A DNA stretch of 63,463 bases, counting the filler, from Reticulomyxa filosa (Eukaryota > Protista > Foraminifera), in assembly GCA_000512085.1 (NCBI GenBank). It is 19 parts of 19 records of this genome, joined end to end, with 100 filler letters (N's around TTAATTAATTAA, not from the genome) between each part and the next. Parts side by side here need not be neighbours in the genome. Positions count along the whole stretch, not along the records: positions 20,925 to 34,034 come from ASPP01008503.1; positions 34,135 to 35,318 come from ASPP01041720.1; positions 35,419 to 40,189 come from ASPP01038792.1; 16 more parts are not named here. One strand, written 5' to 3'. Made by a program: the position numbers and the translations under genes. This document shows, one piece after another, positions 25,401 through 39,400 of this stretch. The notes under the pieces were generated by a model that was not told the DNA's origin, searched no databases, and was given only the letters and a program-made list of their open reading frames with translations. Within the stretch, counting starts at the first letter, position 1, and each line of letters opens with the position of its first letter.

Positions 25401-27257
25401 TTGCAGACTGAAGTTGTTCGAATTCACACAATGATTTGTCAAATCAAAGACCAGTTGAAAAATGAAGAAAAACGTTTAAAAGGAAGTGTGCAAGAACTAA
25501 CAGAAACACTATCACAAGTTGGGTTCTTACTTGTGTGAAAAGTTTACACAATGACCTTTTTTTTATTAAACAAGAAATCTCTTGTTTTGTGGTATTTCTG
25601 CCATATTTAAAGCTACAAAAAAGTGACGATCCGAAAGTGTTGAAGAGGCAATTTGGACAAGGGCAGTCAACCAAACCAAAGAAGAATTTGAATGCAACAA
25701 AAAAAAAATTGAGCAAAATTATCAGAAAAAATTGCGGAATGCAATAACACAATTAAACGACTTGGTGAGGAAATACTGTCACTGAGGAACTGTCCGAGTG
25801 ATTGCAACGAGAGTGATTCCGCGAGCATATTAATTCGTAAGGTTAAGATTGCAATGAGCCCGTTGTTTCTTTTTGTTATCAACAAAGTGCTATATTTGTC
25901 ATCCTCCTTTGTTTGTTGTGTCAATTGAAAAGAGAACACGTGAGAGAAGCGTGGAACTCTTACCAAATCCAAAAAAGAGGAGAATTCACAAAACGCAAAG
26001 TCAAATACTGCCGTTGTCTTCGCAGTCAAAAAATAAAATTGACCTTGAATCAGATAAGGAGCAACTAAATGCATGCCCATCCAAAGAAATTAATGATTTG
26101 ACCGAATTGGACATAGAAATACTTGGCAAAGAGAATATGCCGCTCAATTCTTCCTTTCACAAAAAAATAAAAAGAAATAGAACGACAGATTTGACCTGTT
26201 CCGTTGTCGGTATAAAAGAAAGAGCAACAAAACATCCATATGTATGAATAAAGCAGATCTATTTGTGTAAATGACGGTTGTGCTTGTCTTTTAAGATCTT
26301 CTATCAACAGACGAAGAAGGCAGCCAAAAAAAAGATGAATTCGTCTATACGAATTCTGAAACAATCAATTCGAATAGAATTGCAACACACAACGACGACA
26401 CAAAATTCGATGTAGCTGATCTGAGACCGAAGGTGAAAAGAAGGAGAATGCGCGCACAAAGTACTATAAATACACTTATTGAAAACCCTGGAATAGATAC
26501 AGAAAAAATTTCAGATGACGAACCAATTATAGGCAAAACGATTGAAAGTAGAAGAGAGAAAGGTATTTATTGGTGTGGAAGGCCCACAAGAATAACCAAA
26601 GGAAAAGTATATTTCAAAAAAGTTTGGATAAATGGCATTAAATATCGACAATATGACAAATGCCAAGTTTTTTGTCCTGACAATAAGATTCGAGTTAAGT
26701 GCAAGAAAGACAGGAGATAAAGACATGACAATGGTTTCTTAATTGTTTTTGCGGGGGTGTGGTGCTAGTTGGCCAAAATTTTGGACATGTTTGAAGAAAG
26801 AGAAAGCAGAAAGAAATACATGGAAACCACATGGTATTGCGCTCGAGCAGATCTGCTAAACCGTGGATTGAATGAAGAGCAATTGCCAAAAGAACTACTT
26901 CCAAATGAAATATTTGAATGTATTCAACCAAGTGCAAATATCAACCCTTTGACTTCAATTCGAGCAAAAGTAATCATCTCGTACGAACATCCAATACCAT
27001 CAAATAATTCAATTAATGAAAGTACCCTGGTATATTCCACTAGATATTTTTATGACCCCATTACCCACGAATTTACACCACAGACTGTTAAGAAAACACA
27101 ATGCATCACTCCTTTGTTGGACCTTTCTGCAGCTGAAATTGTCGTTGTATGTGTATAGCGTGTTGATGAAGATGTTAGCTCTATATCTTCTTCACAATCA
27201 TGTGAAGAGATCGAAGATAAAGCAAGGCGTCGTACCAAAAGTTCAATCTTATTGTAA
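22413..27257 (+). CDS. Divergent kinesin (kinesin-6-like motor) with coiled-coil stalk and probable C-terminal BAH domain; many exons, 3' end uncertain (27158 or 27257)
   Basis: VEVYLRIRP, FAYGVSKSGKTHT (P-loop), EIYCE...DLL, LCDLAG, IN.SL..L, PFRECGLT..L; heptad-rich exons 24330-25790; BAH-like exons 26570-27090. Confidence 0.8.
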
Positions 27258-27917
27258 CAAAGCGTCAGAACTCGAATTTGCCACTTAAAGAGAAACTAAT
27301 TATAAAAGCCTTGCTATTCTTTTGTGCGTGGCTAAACATAACAGAACAAGCAACAACGTTCATTTTCCCAAACATAAATCTTTTAATAAACAAAATAAGG
27401 TAGTATTGAAAACCTTATTACAAATTGTTTCTTTTCATTTTTAGACAATCAACATTATCGATTTATATGTCCTTCTGTTAGTCGCTATTAGCGTACAAGT
27501 TACTCTGTTGGATATACACATTCACTTAACGACGTGCTAATGGTCTGAGAAATTTTACCGTTTTGTGCACATCGTAAATTAACTTGCGTTTTTGAGAATT
27601 TCAGTAAAGCGAAAATGATTAAATAAAGCAAAAAAAATAATAAAAAGTCCTTCGAGAAGTAAACGAAGAAAGTTTGGATGAAAAACACTCCAATGTTCCT
27701 TGGAATTTTGTCACTGCACTACCCTATCAGTGAATGAAAATAAGCACAATATTGAACGACATTGATCATCAGTGGCATTTTATTTTTTTCCTCGAAGAAA
27801 ATTTTAATGGAATCCAAATACTCTGATGATGAAAAGCAAGTAGTGATTTTTCTGCATTCATGGTAAATAATATAAAAATTTCAAGTTATTGATCAATAAA
27901 AAACAACAGACTTTTTG

Positions 27918-30193
27918 TTACTCTTTGTATTTTTCATCTTCATCACTCGCATTTTCATTGTCAGCTTTGTCCAGTTTGTTTGATATGTCATCAGTCAGAT
28001 CATTCAGAGTAGCGTCTTCATCGACCAATTCATGATAATTTTCATTGTCTATATCATCTTCAGCCAACATATCGGCATCATCTTTTGCATTATAATCTTC
28101 ATCATCATCTTCTTCATCAGTCGCTCCTCCTGCTCCAATTAAACCATCTACATTAGAGTTGAATGACATCTTCAAATTTCTGCGTGTTTTAGTAACCCTT
28201 GAAGCACTGTCCATTTGTTGTGCAACATTCTTTTCATGGAAATCTCGATCGGACACACGGATTGTATTTTTACTCAAGCAATATTTCAGCAATGGCTCGT
28301 AATCACTTCGATCAATACCATTAAATACCATCGTATTATTTTTTTTGGCGTGGACAACAAAATCAAACATTTTTGTGGATTCATTAACTCGTTGAAATTC
28401 AACATGATCAATATCATTATGTCTAAAATACGTTGCTGGTTTCCAAATGAAAAACATTGATTTTTCTAATGGATACAATAGACCATCATTTGCGCCATAA
28501 GAACAGCGGATACACTGTTGGCCAGTGCTTGATTCGAAATTTTTCGCTTGAATAATTTTCGTCTTTGACAATGCCATAAATACTCGAGATAATACATCAT
28601 ACGTTGGACCCTCAGTTGTTGCACGCAACAAGGGCTTCCCATTGCTTGCCACGTATTTCTTCGAGCCGCACAATCGATACAAAATCAAACACAAACATGT
28701 ATGCATAACTCTTTGTTTTTATATTGCTTTTCCAACAAAACAAACCCCAATCAACTGTTTCCAAGTCTTCAGGAGACAAGTTGATTGGAACACTTGATTG
28801 CTCATCTTCTGGACAATCCATAATTAGGTAATGATAGGTTGTCTGCCCTTGACGAATTGGTGGACCCAATTGAATCTACACAATGCATGTTACATATATA
28901 CATGCATAATATTTATGTATTTAAATGAGATCCCATAAGTCAAGCACTTATAACAACAACAGCGCAAATAAAAAAAAGCAATAAGTCTAAGAATAAACAA
29001 TATGTAACTAGGAATGCCATTTTACTGTCTGGTTGTCTGAAAATGAATAATCTTTTAATTTGTGCGTATTCAATCAAATAATTATATGTTTCACTTCGGA
29101 ACAAGAAATGCGAGGGGAAAAATTGAATTTCATAACGACCACGGGGCAATCGAAACGTTATTCTCTCAAATCTGGCGATTATCTCTGTCTTATCCACTTG
29201 CAATCCATTTTGATTTGTTTTGTCATTGTAAATGAAGTCATCACAAAAAAGATCAGATTTGTGTTGTATACGTCCTTATTATTATTATAATCATTATCAT
29301 TATTGTTTACCTGCTTTCTTGACAATGGTTTCGTGGAATTCTTCAAAGGCAGGTTTTTTTGACTCTGGATTGTCATCCTCGGGAATATAAATGCGCATTT
29401 CGGCCAATTCATCGTGCGGGTTTAACGACGAGGTTTTTTCATTCCATTGATGGAATTCCAACGACACCTCATTTCGTGACTGAATAACCGATTGCTTCAA
29501 TGTCTCATATGGGATAGTAAACATTGTATCTTTTTCTTTCGTACGAAACACGACCTCATGTTCTTTTTTTTTTTTGTTAATATTGTTCCCCCCTTTTTTT
29601 TTTTGTTTTGTTTCCCCCTCTCTCTCTTTTGCCTCTTTTCCTTCTCCTTCCCTCGCCTCTTGTGTAGCCTTTTTGGTAGACTGTTGGATATTATGCAATG
29701 CGACAAAGCGCAAAGTGCGCAAATAAAAAAAAAAAACTCAAAAGGAGCTGCAACACGTTAAATAAACTAAACGTTTTAAAACAAAATCTCCATAATGTGC
29801 TCCGTTCACATTTATCGATTTTGCACTTAATTTTTTTCCCAAGAATTTATTGCAAACATTGTTGATTTCCATCTCATTCTATTTTTATTTTTTATTCGTT
29901 TGTTCCTTTTGTTGTCTTTAAAAAAAAATGGAAGGGACGAGAAAGGTAAACACAACCTCTCCAGCAAAGCCAATCAATCGCAAGTCTGGCTTGCGTTTGT
30001 CAACAAAAGAAATTTTCATCATTTTGTTAGTGTTGTCCAACAAACACCATTCAATTGCCTTTATGTCGTTGGAAGATACGTCGACATTTTTTGCGCCTGA
30101 TTTACTTTCCCATAGCAATTTACCCTCTTTTAGTGTCAGGGCACCGTCTTCTCTTGTTATTCCCAAACGAACTTTGTCATATATTTTTGACAT
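27918..30193 (-). CDS. SSRP1: FACT complex subunit SSRP1/Pob3, multi-exon, without HMG box
   Basis: NEVSLEFH, ELAEMRIYIP, PRGRYEI, PPIRQGQTTYHYL, CSYGANDGLLYPLEKSMFFIWKP and an acidic tail. Confidence 0.95.
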
Positions 30194-30423
30194 GGTGATA
30201 ATAAATAATGAAAATACAAAAAATCTGCAAAAGATGATATGGAACGAGAGTTTCTCCCAAAAATTCGAACACAAACGTTCCCTTTTAAGTTTCTGGTGCC
30301 TTGTTTGTTTGAGTAAATATGCAATAACTGGCCATAGTTTAAAAATATAAAAATAATTGGGAAAAAGTGACAAAGAGTTATGTTATTGCTAGTAGAATCG
30401 ATACTGGCGTAACAAAGGAGTGA

Positions 30424-32572
30424 ATGGTAGTTCATTCAGTCATGTTTAAGCATTGCAGTTTAGTTATTTGGGTATTAAGTTTAATTTTGCCTAGTGTGCT
30501 TAGCGGAAAGCCTAATGTCGTGTTAATATTGACTGATGACCAAGATTTGGAGCTTGGAGGAGCGGAGTACATGCCAAACCTCCAAAAGGAAATAGTGTCA
30601 AAAGGGATAACCTTCAACAACTATCACGTAAGTACTCCTATCTGTTGCCCCTCTCGAACGGAGATGATCACTGGACGTTATTTCCACAATGTAGGCCCAT
30701 TTGGGAACTGTATGCACGTAAACGCAAATGAATGGGTAGGGTCAAGCGAAAATATATTCAGTATCTTGAAAGCACAAGGATATAAAACGGGAGCATTTGG
30801 TAAACTGACAAACAATGACAAGCAATATTGGTGTGATGCAGTCAATGACACATCGCAGTTGATAATCCATCCCTTTGACCACATCTACAATCCGTGTAAC
30901 ATTGACGATTACTACAATACGTCATATTTTCGAAAGTTCGATAACGGGACGTACACTGACTTTGATATCACATACGACATCACTGTAAAAGCTTTGTTCT
31001 ATTGTACACACGTATACAATCTATTTCCACAGTACAGAACCTTTCTGTTGTGTGTTGTAATGTATGCTATGTCTGTGTTATGTAATGACTTGCAAAAAGG
31101 CGTATCAAACGAGCCAAATTGGTAACGCGTCATTGGAATGGTTGGACTATTTGAGCGCAAATTATAACCTGTCCAAAACGGATGGCAATGACAAGGAAAC
31201 CCCATTTTTCGTTATCAAAATCTTTATATATAGATGTCTGCATTTCTTTAATTTATTATTATTATTTGTTTTCCTTCAGCTCTGTGCTGACAATGGCACG
31301 AACATCGATTTCAAAAAGCTTTGAATCCAAAACAAAACAAAACAAAACAAAAAACGTATACAATAAGGTGATATAAAAGCAATATAAAATGTGAACAATA
31401 ACAGTTATATATTGGACCTCATGCACCGTTGAGTAATGTGAGGACGAATCAGGAGGGGGGGGGAAAAAAAAGGGTGTTTTTTTTTTAACCTTTTCGGGTT
31501 TTCGAATTTAAAAAAATAATAATAATATTTTTTTGTTGAAATTTACAGTCACAAACCTTCCGTTGTTGCGTCATGGTATGCGAATAAATCCCCAGATTTG
31601 ACAGCCCCTCGCACACCAAATTTTAATACAAGCAATGAAGATAAACACGCGATGGTGGCAGCGAATCCTCCACTGACGGAATACGTAGGAGAGTTTTTGG
31701 ACGTGTGTTTCCGGACGCGTATTTTGTCGTTGTTGTCCGTCGATGACATTATCCAAGACTTAGTGACATGGTTGACCGATCATGACATCCTGAACAATAC
31801 GTATATCCTATACACAAGCGATCATGGCTACCACTTGGGACAATGGCGGCTCATGTGTCCAAAACGGCAAATGTATCAAACCGATATTCATGTCCCCTTA
31901 TACATTCGAGGACCTACCATTCCTGCTCAATCCTATACTGACATTCTGGCTGCCAATGTGGATTTGACACCAACAATCTTGGACTTGCTTGGTTTGACCA
32001 TTCCTAGTTCTGTGGACGGAAAGTTGAATCTAAAAAAAATAAAAATTTTACTAGTTGTCAAATGTTGTTGTTGTGTTGTACATACCATACAAAAAAAAAA
32101 AAGATCTTTTGCTTCTTGGATTGGCAACTATCCAAAACACAACCGGAAGGAAAGTAGTGCATCTTGGCGGGATGTATTCTTGTTCGAATATCGAGAGGTG
32201 AGCACAGGCTATGGAAATATCTGCATAACGTGGATTCCCAATACTGATGGCACGTATTTTCCCGGACAAGTTTTAAGTGGGCCATCGACTAATCCCGAAG
32301 GAATTCCTTACATTGTTGCCGATTTAGCTTCAAATAGCTATCGTGGCTTGCGTATATTAAATGCAACTCAAAATTGGTCATATGGAGAATTTGTAAATAC
32401 CACATGGACAAACGCCTCATTGCAATATCCCAATTTTTATGAGTTGTATGATTTAAATACGGACCCATTCCAAATGAAAAATATTTATGACACTTTGACT
32501 GCACAGGTAAAAGCTCAGCTGCACAATATGATCATGAGTTATGGAAGTTGCCAAGGACAAAGCTGTCCTTGA
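30424..32572 (+). CDS. Secreted/lysosomal sulfatase of the N-acetylglucosamine-6-sulfatase family, multi-exon
   Basis: Signal peptide, PNVVLILTDDQD, CCPSR..ITGRY (formylglycine motif), PHAPH, YTSDHGYHLGQ, ELYDLNTDPFQMKN. Confidence 0.93.
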
Positions 32573-33842
32573 AATTGCTCACACTTTTTTCAACATAAGT
32601 AAATGCAAACGATTAAATAAAATGATAAAAACGTTATAAGAACCATTAATGAATGGGCATTATTATAATTTTTTAAATAGTTTCTTATTGATGAATTCTT
32701 ATTTGCAAAATATTCTTTTCAATAAAAAACTGTATAAATACCTTTTTAATACTATTTTACTTTTATAATTTGGATCAATGTAATAAGTACAATTAACAAG
32801 TAATATATAATTTTTCACAATAAAAATAACATTCATTTATATTTAGTACTATACTGAACTAAATTTTTTGTGTTAAGTACAACACCAAAAATAATTTTGA
32901 AAATTTCAAAAACATTTAGTATTTTTTGAAAAGATACTGCTTAATAAAGTAATAAAAGTGAAAATCTTAAAAAGACGTCGCTGTAACAAGTCATGTCAAC
33001 AATAATGCTAGATAAAAAAATTAAAAATCTGTAACTAGGCCCTTTTTAAGGAACTACTCGATACATAATAATTTTATTGATTATACTTATCAACAAAAAT
33101 AATTTTTATATTTATTTGTTGGATTTATGTTTGTTAAGTTATTTTATAAACAAAAAATAAAATAGTCAATGAAAACATGTAATTACAAGGGGAGCGTAGT
33201 CACATTTTTTTTTTTCGCATGTGTAGTGTTCATAACTAACTACCAACATTTAATGCATGTTTCTTCCGTTAGGAAATATGAAGAATGATTTTTCAGGTAA
33301 CATGTAAAGTTTTAAGTTTTTGTTTGGTATTGTTCAAAACTTGACTTTAGTTAATTTTACATAACAATTCCATATTTATGATGAGCAATATGTGTCACAC
33401 AAGAATGCATTTTTACGTGACGGCTTAATAACAAAAAGTCACTTAGCGCAACTGAAAACTTATCTTTTTTGTCTCCAAACCAAATGAAAATAGCAGCTGT
33501 TTCATTAGTGGTTGTAAGGCTATTGTTATTTTATAGTTGCGCAAGTTATCATCTAAAAATTGCGTTATTGGGATGACTTGTTCAATCAAGAAATACAAGA
33601 CAATAAAAAATATTTCTTTAAAATAGCTTAGCATTAAGCCAAGCTTTTCTTTTTATCAATTACTAGGACATTCCAATAGCAACAAGGCAAAAAACTTGAG
33701 ATATAATTCAATATCAAAGTTCGACGTCGTTTATTGATGATCACTTTGTTGAGAAGGTTATGAGAAATTTTGCACAATTACTTTTTGTTTCTCTCGCAAT
33801 TATATATTTTAAAAAATTAAAATTGATTAAGAATTATTCCTG

Positions 33843-34017
33843 ATGGTTTCAACAAATCAGCAAGAACTTTCCTCAACATTAGGACTAAAAGACGATGAAT
33901 TTCTGTTTTCCTCCGAATCGGTTACTGAGGGTCATCCTGATAAATTGTGTGATATTGTTTCTGACTCTGTATTGGATGCTTGTCTTGCACAAGATCCGTA
34001 TTCTTATGTTGCTTGCG
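33843..34017 (+). CDS. MAT: S-adenosylmethionine synthetase, first exon (3'-truncated)
   Basis: [31 protein letters not shown]...VAC followed by a gtaaag donor. Confidence 0.96.
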
Positions 34018-34152
34018 GTAAAGAAAAGTGTCTTNNNNNNNNNNNNNNNNNNNNNNNNNNNNNNNNNNNNNNNNNNNNTTAATTAATTAANNNNNNNNNN
34101 NNNNNNNNNNNNNNNNNNNNNNNNNNNNNNNNNNCAGAATAGCAACAACAGT

Positions 34153-35300
34153 ATGATATTACCAACTGACGAAGAGATATTAAAAATGAGTCCGAAAATA
34201 TTGAGGCAAAAGTTGATAGAGTTTGGCGAACCAATTAAAGACAACGAACAAATTGTGTCATCAAAATTACGACTGTCTGTTAAATGTAAAAGGTTAAACA
34301 TCAGCTCAAAAAGTAATGATATCAACGATATAGAAACCAATGAGCAAGTGCTTGACAAAAGTTTTGTTTTAGATAGATTTGACGTCGATGCGAAAGAAAA
34401 CTTGGATCGGAGATCAGTTTGTAATGACAAAGATGAAGCTTCATTAAAACAACAATTGTCTATGCTACAAGAGCAGATTAAATTATTATCTCGTAAAGTG
34501 CAGCTGCATGAGTCGAAATCAAATGTTAGCCAAAGTTATCAAGGTGATAACGGTAACATGAATCTCAAGTCGGAGATAAACGGCATTCGAGCTGCAGTAC
34601 TACCAAGTGAAAGACCACATGTTGTGAAACTATGTTGTAACGATGATAAAAATGATCTAGCTGATAGTGCTGATGACATTGTAATGAAGTTAGCAATGGA
34701 TTCATCAAATAGCTTCCGATACATTTTCAAGGTAAGTAGAGATGATTTTCCTAGCTGGAGGAAACAATTTTAGCATTGAAAGCAACTTATCATCTTTCCG
34801 ATAAATTTTGCATGATATGGTGGTAGCGGAACAACCCCAAACAGTTGCTGAGTTGATGGCGTGGCTGTGTACAATATTCGGAGGGAAACATAATGTAATT
34901 GAACGGACGAATGACTTGTTACACTTTAGAACAAAAAGTGGTGAAGGATCAGCTGACATTCTGCTACGTTGGCGCAAAGCAAAGTGAGTTAAAATTGGAA
35001 TTAGAGTACGCTGCTGAATGTAAAGTACCAGCAAGAAAGAGATTGAAGCCTTCGGATGAAAGGTTAATGGAGGTGTTATTAGATTCATTGTGTGGACTAG
35101 TACGCAAATTGGTATACGATCAAAACCCAACGACACTTGAAGATACAGAGGCTGCACTAGTACTTACACAAAGTAGATTTGAATAAGAAGTACAAGCACA
35201 AAATAGGAGATATAACAGACAAAAGATCGAGATACAATCAGTAAGAACGATTGAAGTAGATTATGCAAATTTCTATAAAAATCTTATTACACATAACAAA
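34153..35300 (+). mobile_element. Degenerate retrotransposon gag-like coding relic
   Basis: Intron-free; coiled coil, then FPSWRKQF*, ...LMAWLCTIFG...KSGEG..., ...ERLMEVLLDSLCGLVRKLVYDQNPTTLEDTEAA (Ty3/gypsy capsid-like pattern), with stops and a frameshift. Confidence 0.5.
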
Positions 35301-36261
35301 AAAGTAACTCAAAAACATNNNNNNNNNNNNNNNNNNNNNNNNNNNNNNNNNNNNNNNNNNNNTTAATTAATTAANNNNNNNNNNNNNNNNNNNNNNNNNN
35401 NNNNNNNNNNNNNNNNNNTTTTTTTTTTTTTTTTTTGACGAAGCACTAAATTTGTTTTTTTTGTGTTAATTTGTTTAAATTCTTTGAAATAAATGCAATT
35501 TTTTTGTTTTTCAAATTACAAAAAATGGCCCACATGTTTATAGCTTTTGAAATTTTGACAAGGTGTTTTGATTTAAATTTTAAGAAACGGTGTCTTTTAT
35601 TTCTACACTTATCACAGTAAACGATTAAAACAATTTTTATGATGAACAATATCATTTGCTGTTTTAATGTATTCAAAAGTTTTTTTTTAATACAAACTAA
35701 CATCTTATTACTTTAAATCCGTTTCAAACTTTGAAGACTTTGCCACTTTACTCTTTCAACTATAACAGGAAGAGAAATAGAAATTCAGTGGCTGTTTTAC
35801 TGAAAGACAACATCATCGTATTTGAGACAAAACAAAAAGGATAATATTTTGACAACATATGCAAGACAATAATTAGAAATATAGACAAATAAAACAAACA
35901 ATGAAAATTGAAGTAGATATCTTTATTTTTAGAATCATAACTTTCTATTCATCAAAATTTAAAATTTCTTTTTTTTTGATATTATCCAACCATTTTTCAA
36001 AATTTAATAGCTGGACTTTACTCTTAATTATTTTTATTTTACACGAATAAGTTCCATTTACACTGCAAGGATAGAGTTACGTAATGGATATTTCTACACA
36101 TAAAAGGATTTTTTTACAATGCTGATTAGTTTTCTTATTCAATTATGTGCAATTTTTTTTGTTTCGTCAACCAAACAAAAAATATCAATGTAAAAAACCT
36201 TTTTTTTGTTTTCCCAAAAGGGTCATATCTACTTAAAAAAAACTTCAGCAGCATTAACAAC

Positions 36262-37545
36262 ATGAATAATCAAAATACAATACAAAACTCTCCTGAAAGA
36301 GAAACAAAACAACTTAAACAAGATCAACATCTGATTACCCCCTTTCAAACTTTGAAGGCTTTGCCCACTCCACTTTCTCATTCTCAATGTGTGCTACACA
36401 AGCACGAAATAATCATTTGTGGTGGTTTTTATCAAGGAGCTTGTTATTCTTATCATACACTCAAAAATGAATACAAGTTTATCTGTGAATACCCAGGTAA
36501 CGTTCGATTATGGGGACATTGTGCAGTGAAATTAGCAGACAGCAATAACAAAGACAGCAATGAAATTACTTTGTTGTCTTTTGGAGGATATTATAAGCAC
36601 ACATTAGTGATGAAATATGTAAGTGTCTGGGATAATCACAATAATGGCAATGAAATGAATAAATCAAAGAAATTAAACAAATCAAACAATTATAATCAAT
36701 GGGTTCCCTTCACAGACATAAACAATGATCCATTTATCATTGGAAGAAGTAAAGATAGTTTCCAAGGAGTGCGTGCAGTGATTGGTGGAAGCAATAATCA
36801 TTTGTTATTTATCACTTATCTTAAAAGTAATATTAGTGTATTTGATTTAAATACACTTCAATTTATTAAAGATGATATTTTACCAATTAATAAAAAAATA
36901 TGTTATCATTGCTTTGTATCAAAGTCAGAAAATAGACAAGGACATGAAATGATGAAATCAAATAAACGAAATTATCAAATGCTGTTGTTTTGTGAAGATA
37001 TGGGATTATCAATTGAATATGATGAAGATACAACACTTTTCAATTCAGTCAACTTTTTGTTTGTAATGATATTGCACCATTAAATTTTTATGCATATATA
37101 TATGTCAATGATGTTATCTTATTCTTTGGTGGATATGGTTGGAGTGGTAATGCATCTGCTGTTTCAAAATCAGTGCACAAGTACTTAATTGAAGAAAATA
37201 AATGGATGACATTTCAAAATGCTTTATTCAGTCCATTATATAATTGTATTGCAATACTGGATGAAGACGACACTTATATACACATCATTGGAGGGCAAGA
37301 TAAAATAACAGCATCAACTCACATGAAGACAAAAGTGCGTATATGGGACGTTTCACAGTTGGTAATTATTTATTGTTGTTTTTTTTTGATCAAATGCAAA
37401 TGATTTATATTTCATAACAAATAATAAACAGTTAGAAGATGATCTAAAACTTGTTATTCAAAATTGGGTTCGAACTTTAAAGATAAGATTAGGGTGGATC
37501 GATGATTTTGATAAAATTATTTTCAAATACAGTAGAAAGAAATAA
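36262..37545 (+). CDS. Kelch-like beta-propeller protein (exons 36262-37361 and 37432-37545; 1-nt frameshift near 37030, pseudogene or sequencing error)
   Basis: IIICGG, LLSFGG, AVIGG, ILFFGG, IHIIGG blades; terminal exon LEDDLKLVIQNWVRTLKIRLGWIDDFDKIIFKYSRKK*. Confidence 0.88.
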
Positions 37546-39400
37546 AATTAATTATTTTTTTGACAATTAAATATTTATAAATTACGTCTTCTTTAAATAT
37601 AGTTTTGGCTTTGGTTTTTTATTTCATTTTTATTGATTTTGTAAATTTTTTAAAAGAATTGACCCTTGATCATGAAATTTACCAACTTTTCCCTTTTTTT
37701 TTTAAAACTGGTTAAAAATGTAACTTCTTTACATCAAATATGTAAAATGCATAAATGTGTAATTTTATTGATATGTTTGTCGTTTTCGTAAAATAATTGG
37801 AGATTAGAATAGATAATTGAATGATGCCAATATATGAGTTAAAATTAATTTTAAATTATAAATTACTTTCATATTTGTGAAATATGCATTGACTAAGTTG
37901 AATAATCCTTGAATGAGAAAAAACTATTCCCACAAAGATAAAGATCTAAAAAAATTTTTGAAAACGTTCAAATTCTGGAAAAATGTTGTTAAAAGAGCTT
38001 ATGTTTTATACAAAATATATAAACAAGCAATTTATAAATAGTATATACTCTATCCGTTTCCAAGAACAAAAAAAAAACTTGTAAAAATTTTTTTTGAAGT
38101 TGACAAGATTTTTTTTCATGCAAAATGTGGAAATATTAAATTATTTACAACCAGAAAAGTTTAAGATTGAATTGATTAAGACTGTGTAACATCAATTCAG
38201 CACTTTGGATATCAGGTGCCTTTTCACACACAGACAGCAAAGAATTATAAATAATTAAATTTGGCTCGAAATTGTAAACTTCAATCGTTGTAATAATCAT
38301 GAAACTGGAATTATTTTAAACAGTCCGCATCTTTGCACAAAAACATAATATCCAATTTTCATGTTTTCGAAAAGGAAAATTGATTAAATTGTCCTCAACA
38401 GGATGTAAATTTTCTTTGGACAAAGACAAAAAATATTTGAAAGTCAATTTAATTTTGTGCAAAATTCATACTTTGCCTATTATGTCATTGCAGAGTCAAA
38501 GAAAAACACTTTGATTTATCATTGACTTTAAGTTTTAATAATTATATCATGCATTACTACAAAGACAATATAATTTGCATGAAACAATTGTTGCATATGA
38601 TAAAACTATTCAATTATGGATGTAAACTCTGGTACTACATAGTAATATTAAAGAGCAAAAAAAAAAGAGTAATAAGAATGTACTTTTCATCAGATGCATT
38701 CCGTCCAAATTTTTCAAGGCATTATAATGTAAACGATTTACAATTTTCATTAGACAGTCAATAAACGATATGGAAATCTGATCACATAAGCGGAACTTAA
38801 AATGTAAAACTACACATCACAAAAATAAACAAAACGAATAACTTATGCACTGCAGCCTTTCAGCTAAAAAACTTCAAATAAACAACATAGTAGTTAATTA
38901 TTATAAAATGTTTACAGCATAATAAAAAATAATTTAAAAAAGAAAATATTTTGTTTCTCAAATTATTGTTTAAAATAAGGTTTTTGTTATTTTACATGCC
39001 CAAGTGATGTAAAGATCATATCTTGCTCCAGGAGAAATTCTGTTTTTTAATAATGCACCATGTTGTCCTGTTTTAAGTGTTCAATAATATACAAAAAACA
39101 ATAGTAAATAGACAAAAAACTCTTAAAAAATTAGTGATTTGCAATGAAGAAAACACAATACATGAAATATCTTGTAATTAATTTTGCTATTTGAATAGAA
39201 TTTTATTTGTTATGCTTTCATCAATTCTTTAAAAAGTATTGAACGCAGATTTTTGAATTTTTTTAAACAACAAAGTAAGATAGAACACATCTTTCAATGT
39301 TTACATTCAATCAAATCAAACAAATTTAATATCACTTTATTTTTCTTTTAATCAAACTTCAAACAAAAATACTTTCATTTCTTATTTGATAAATAGTAAA

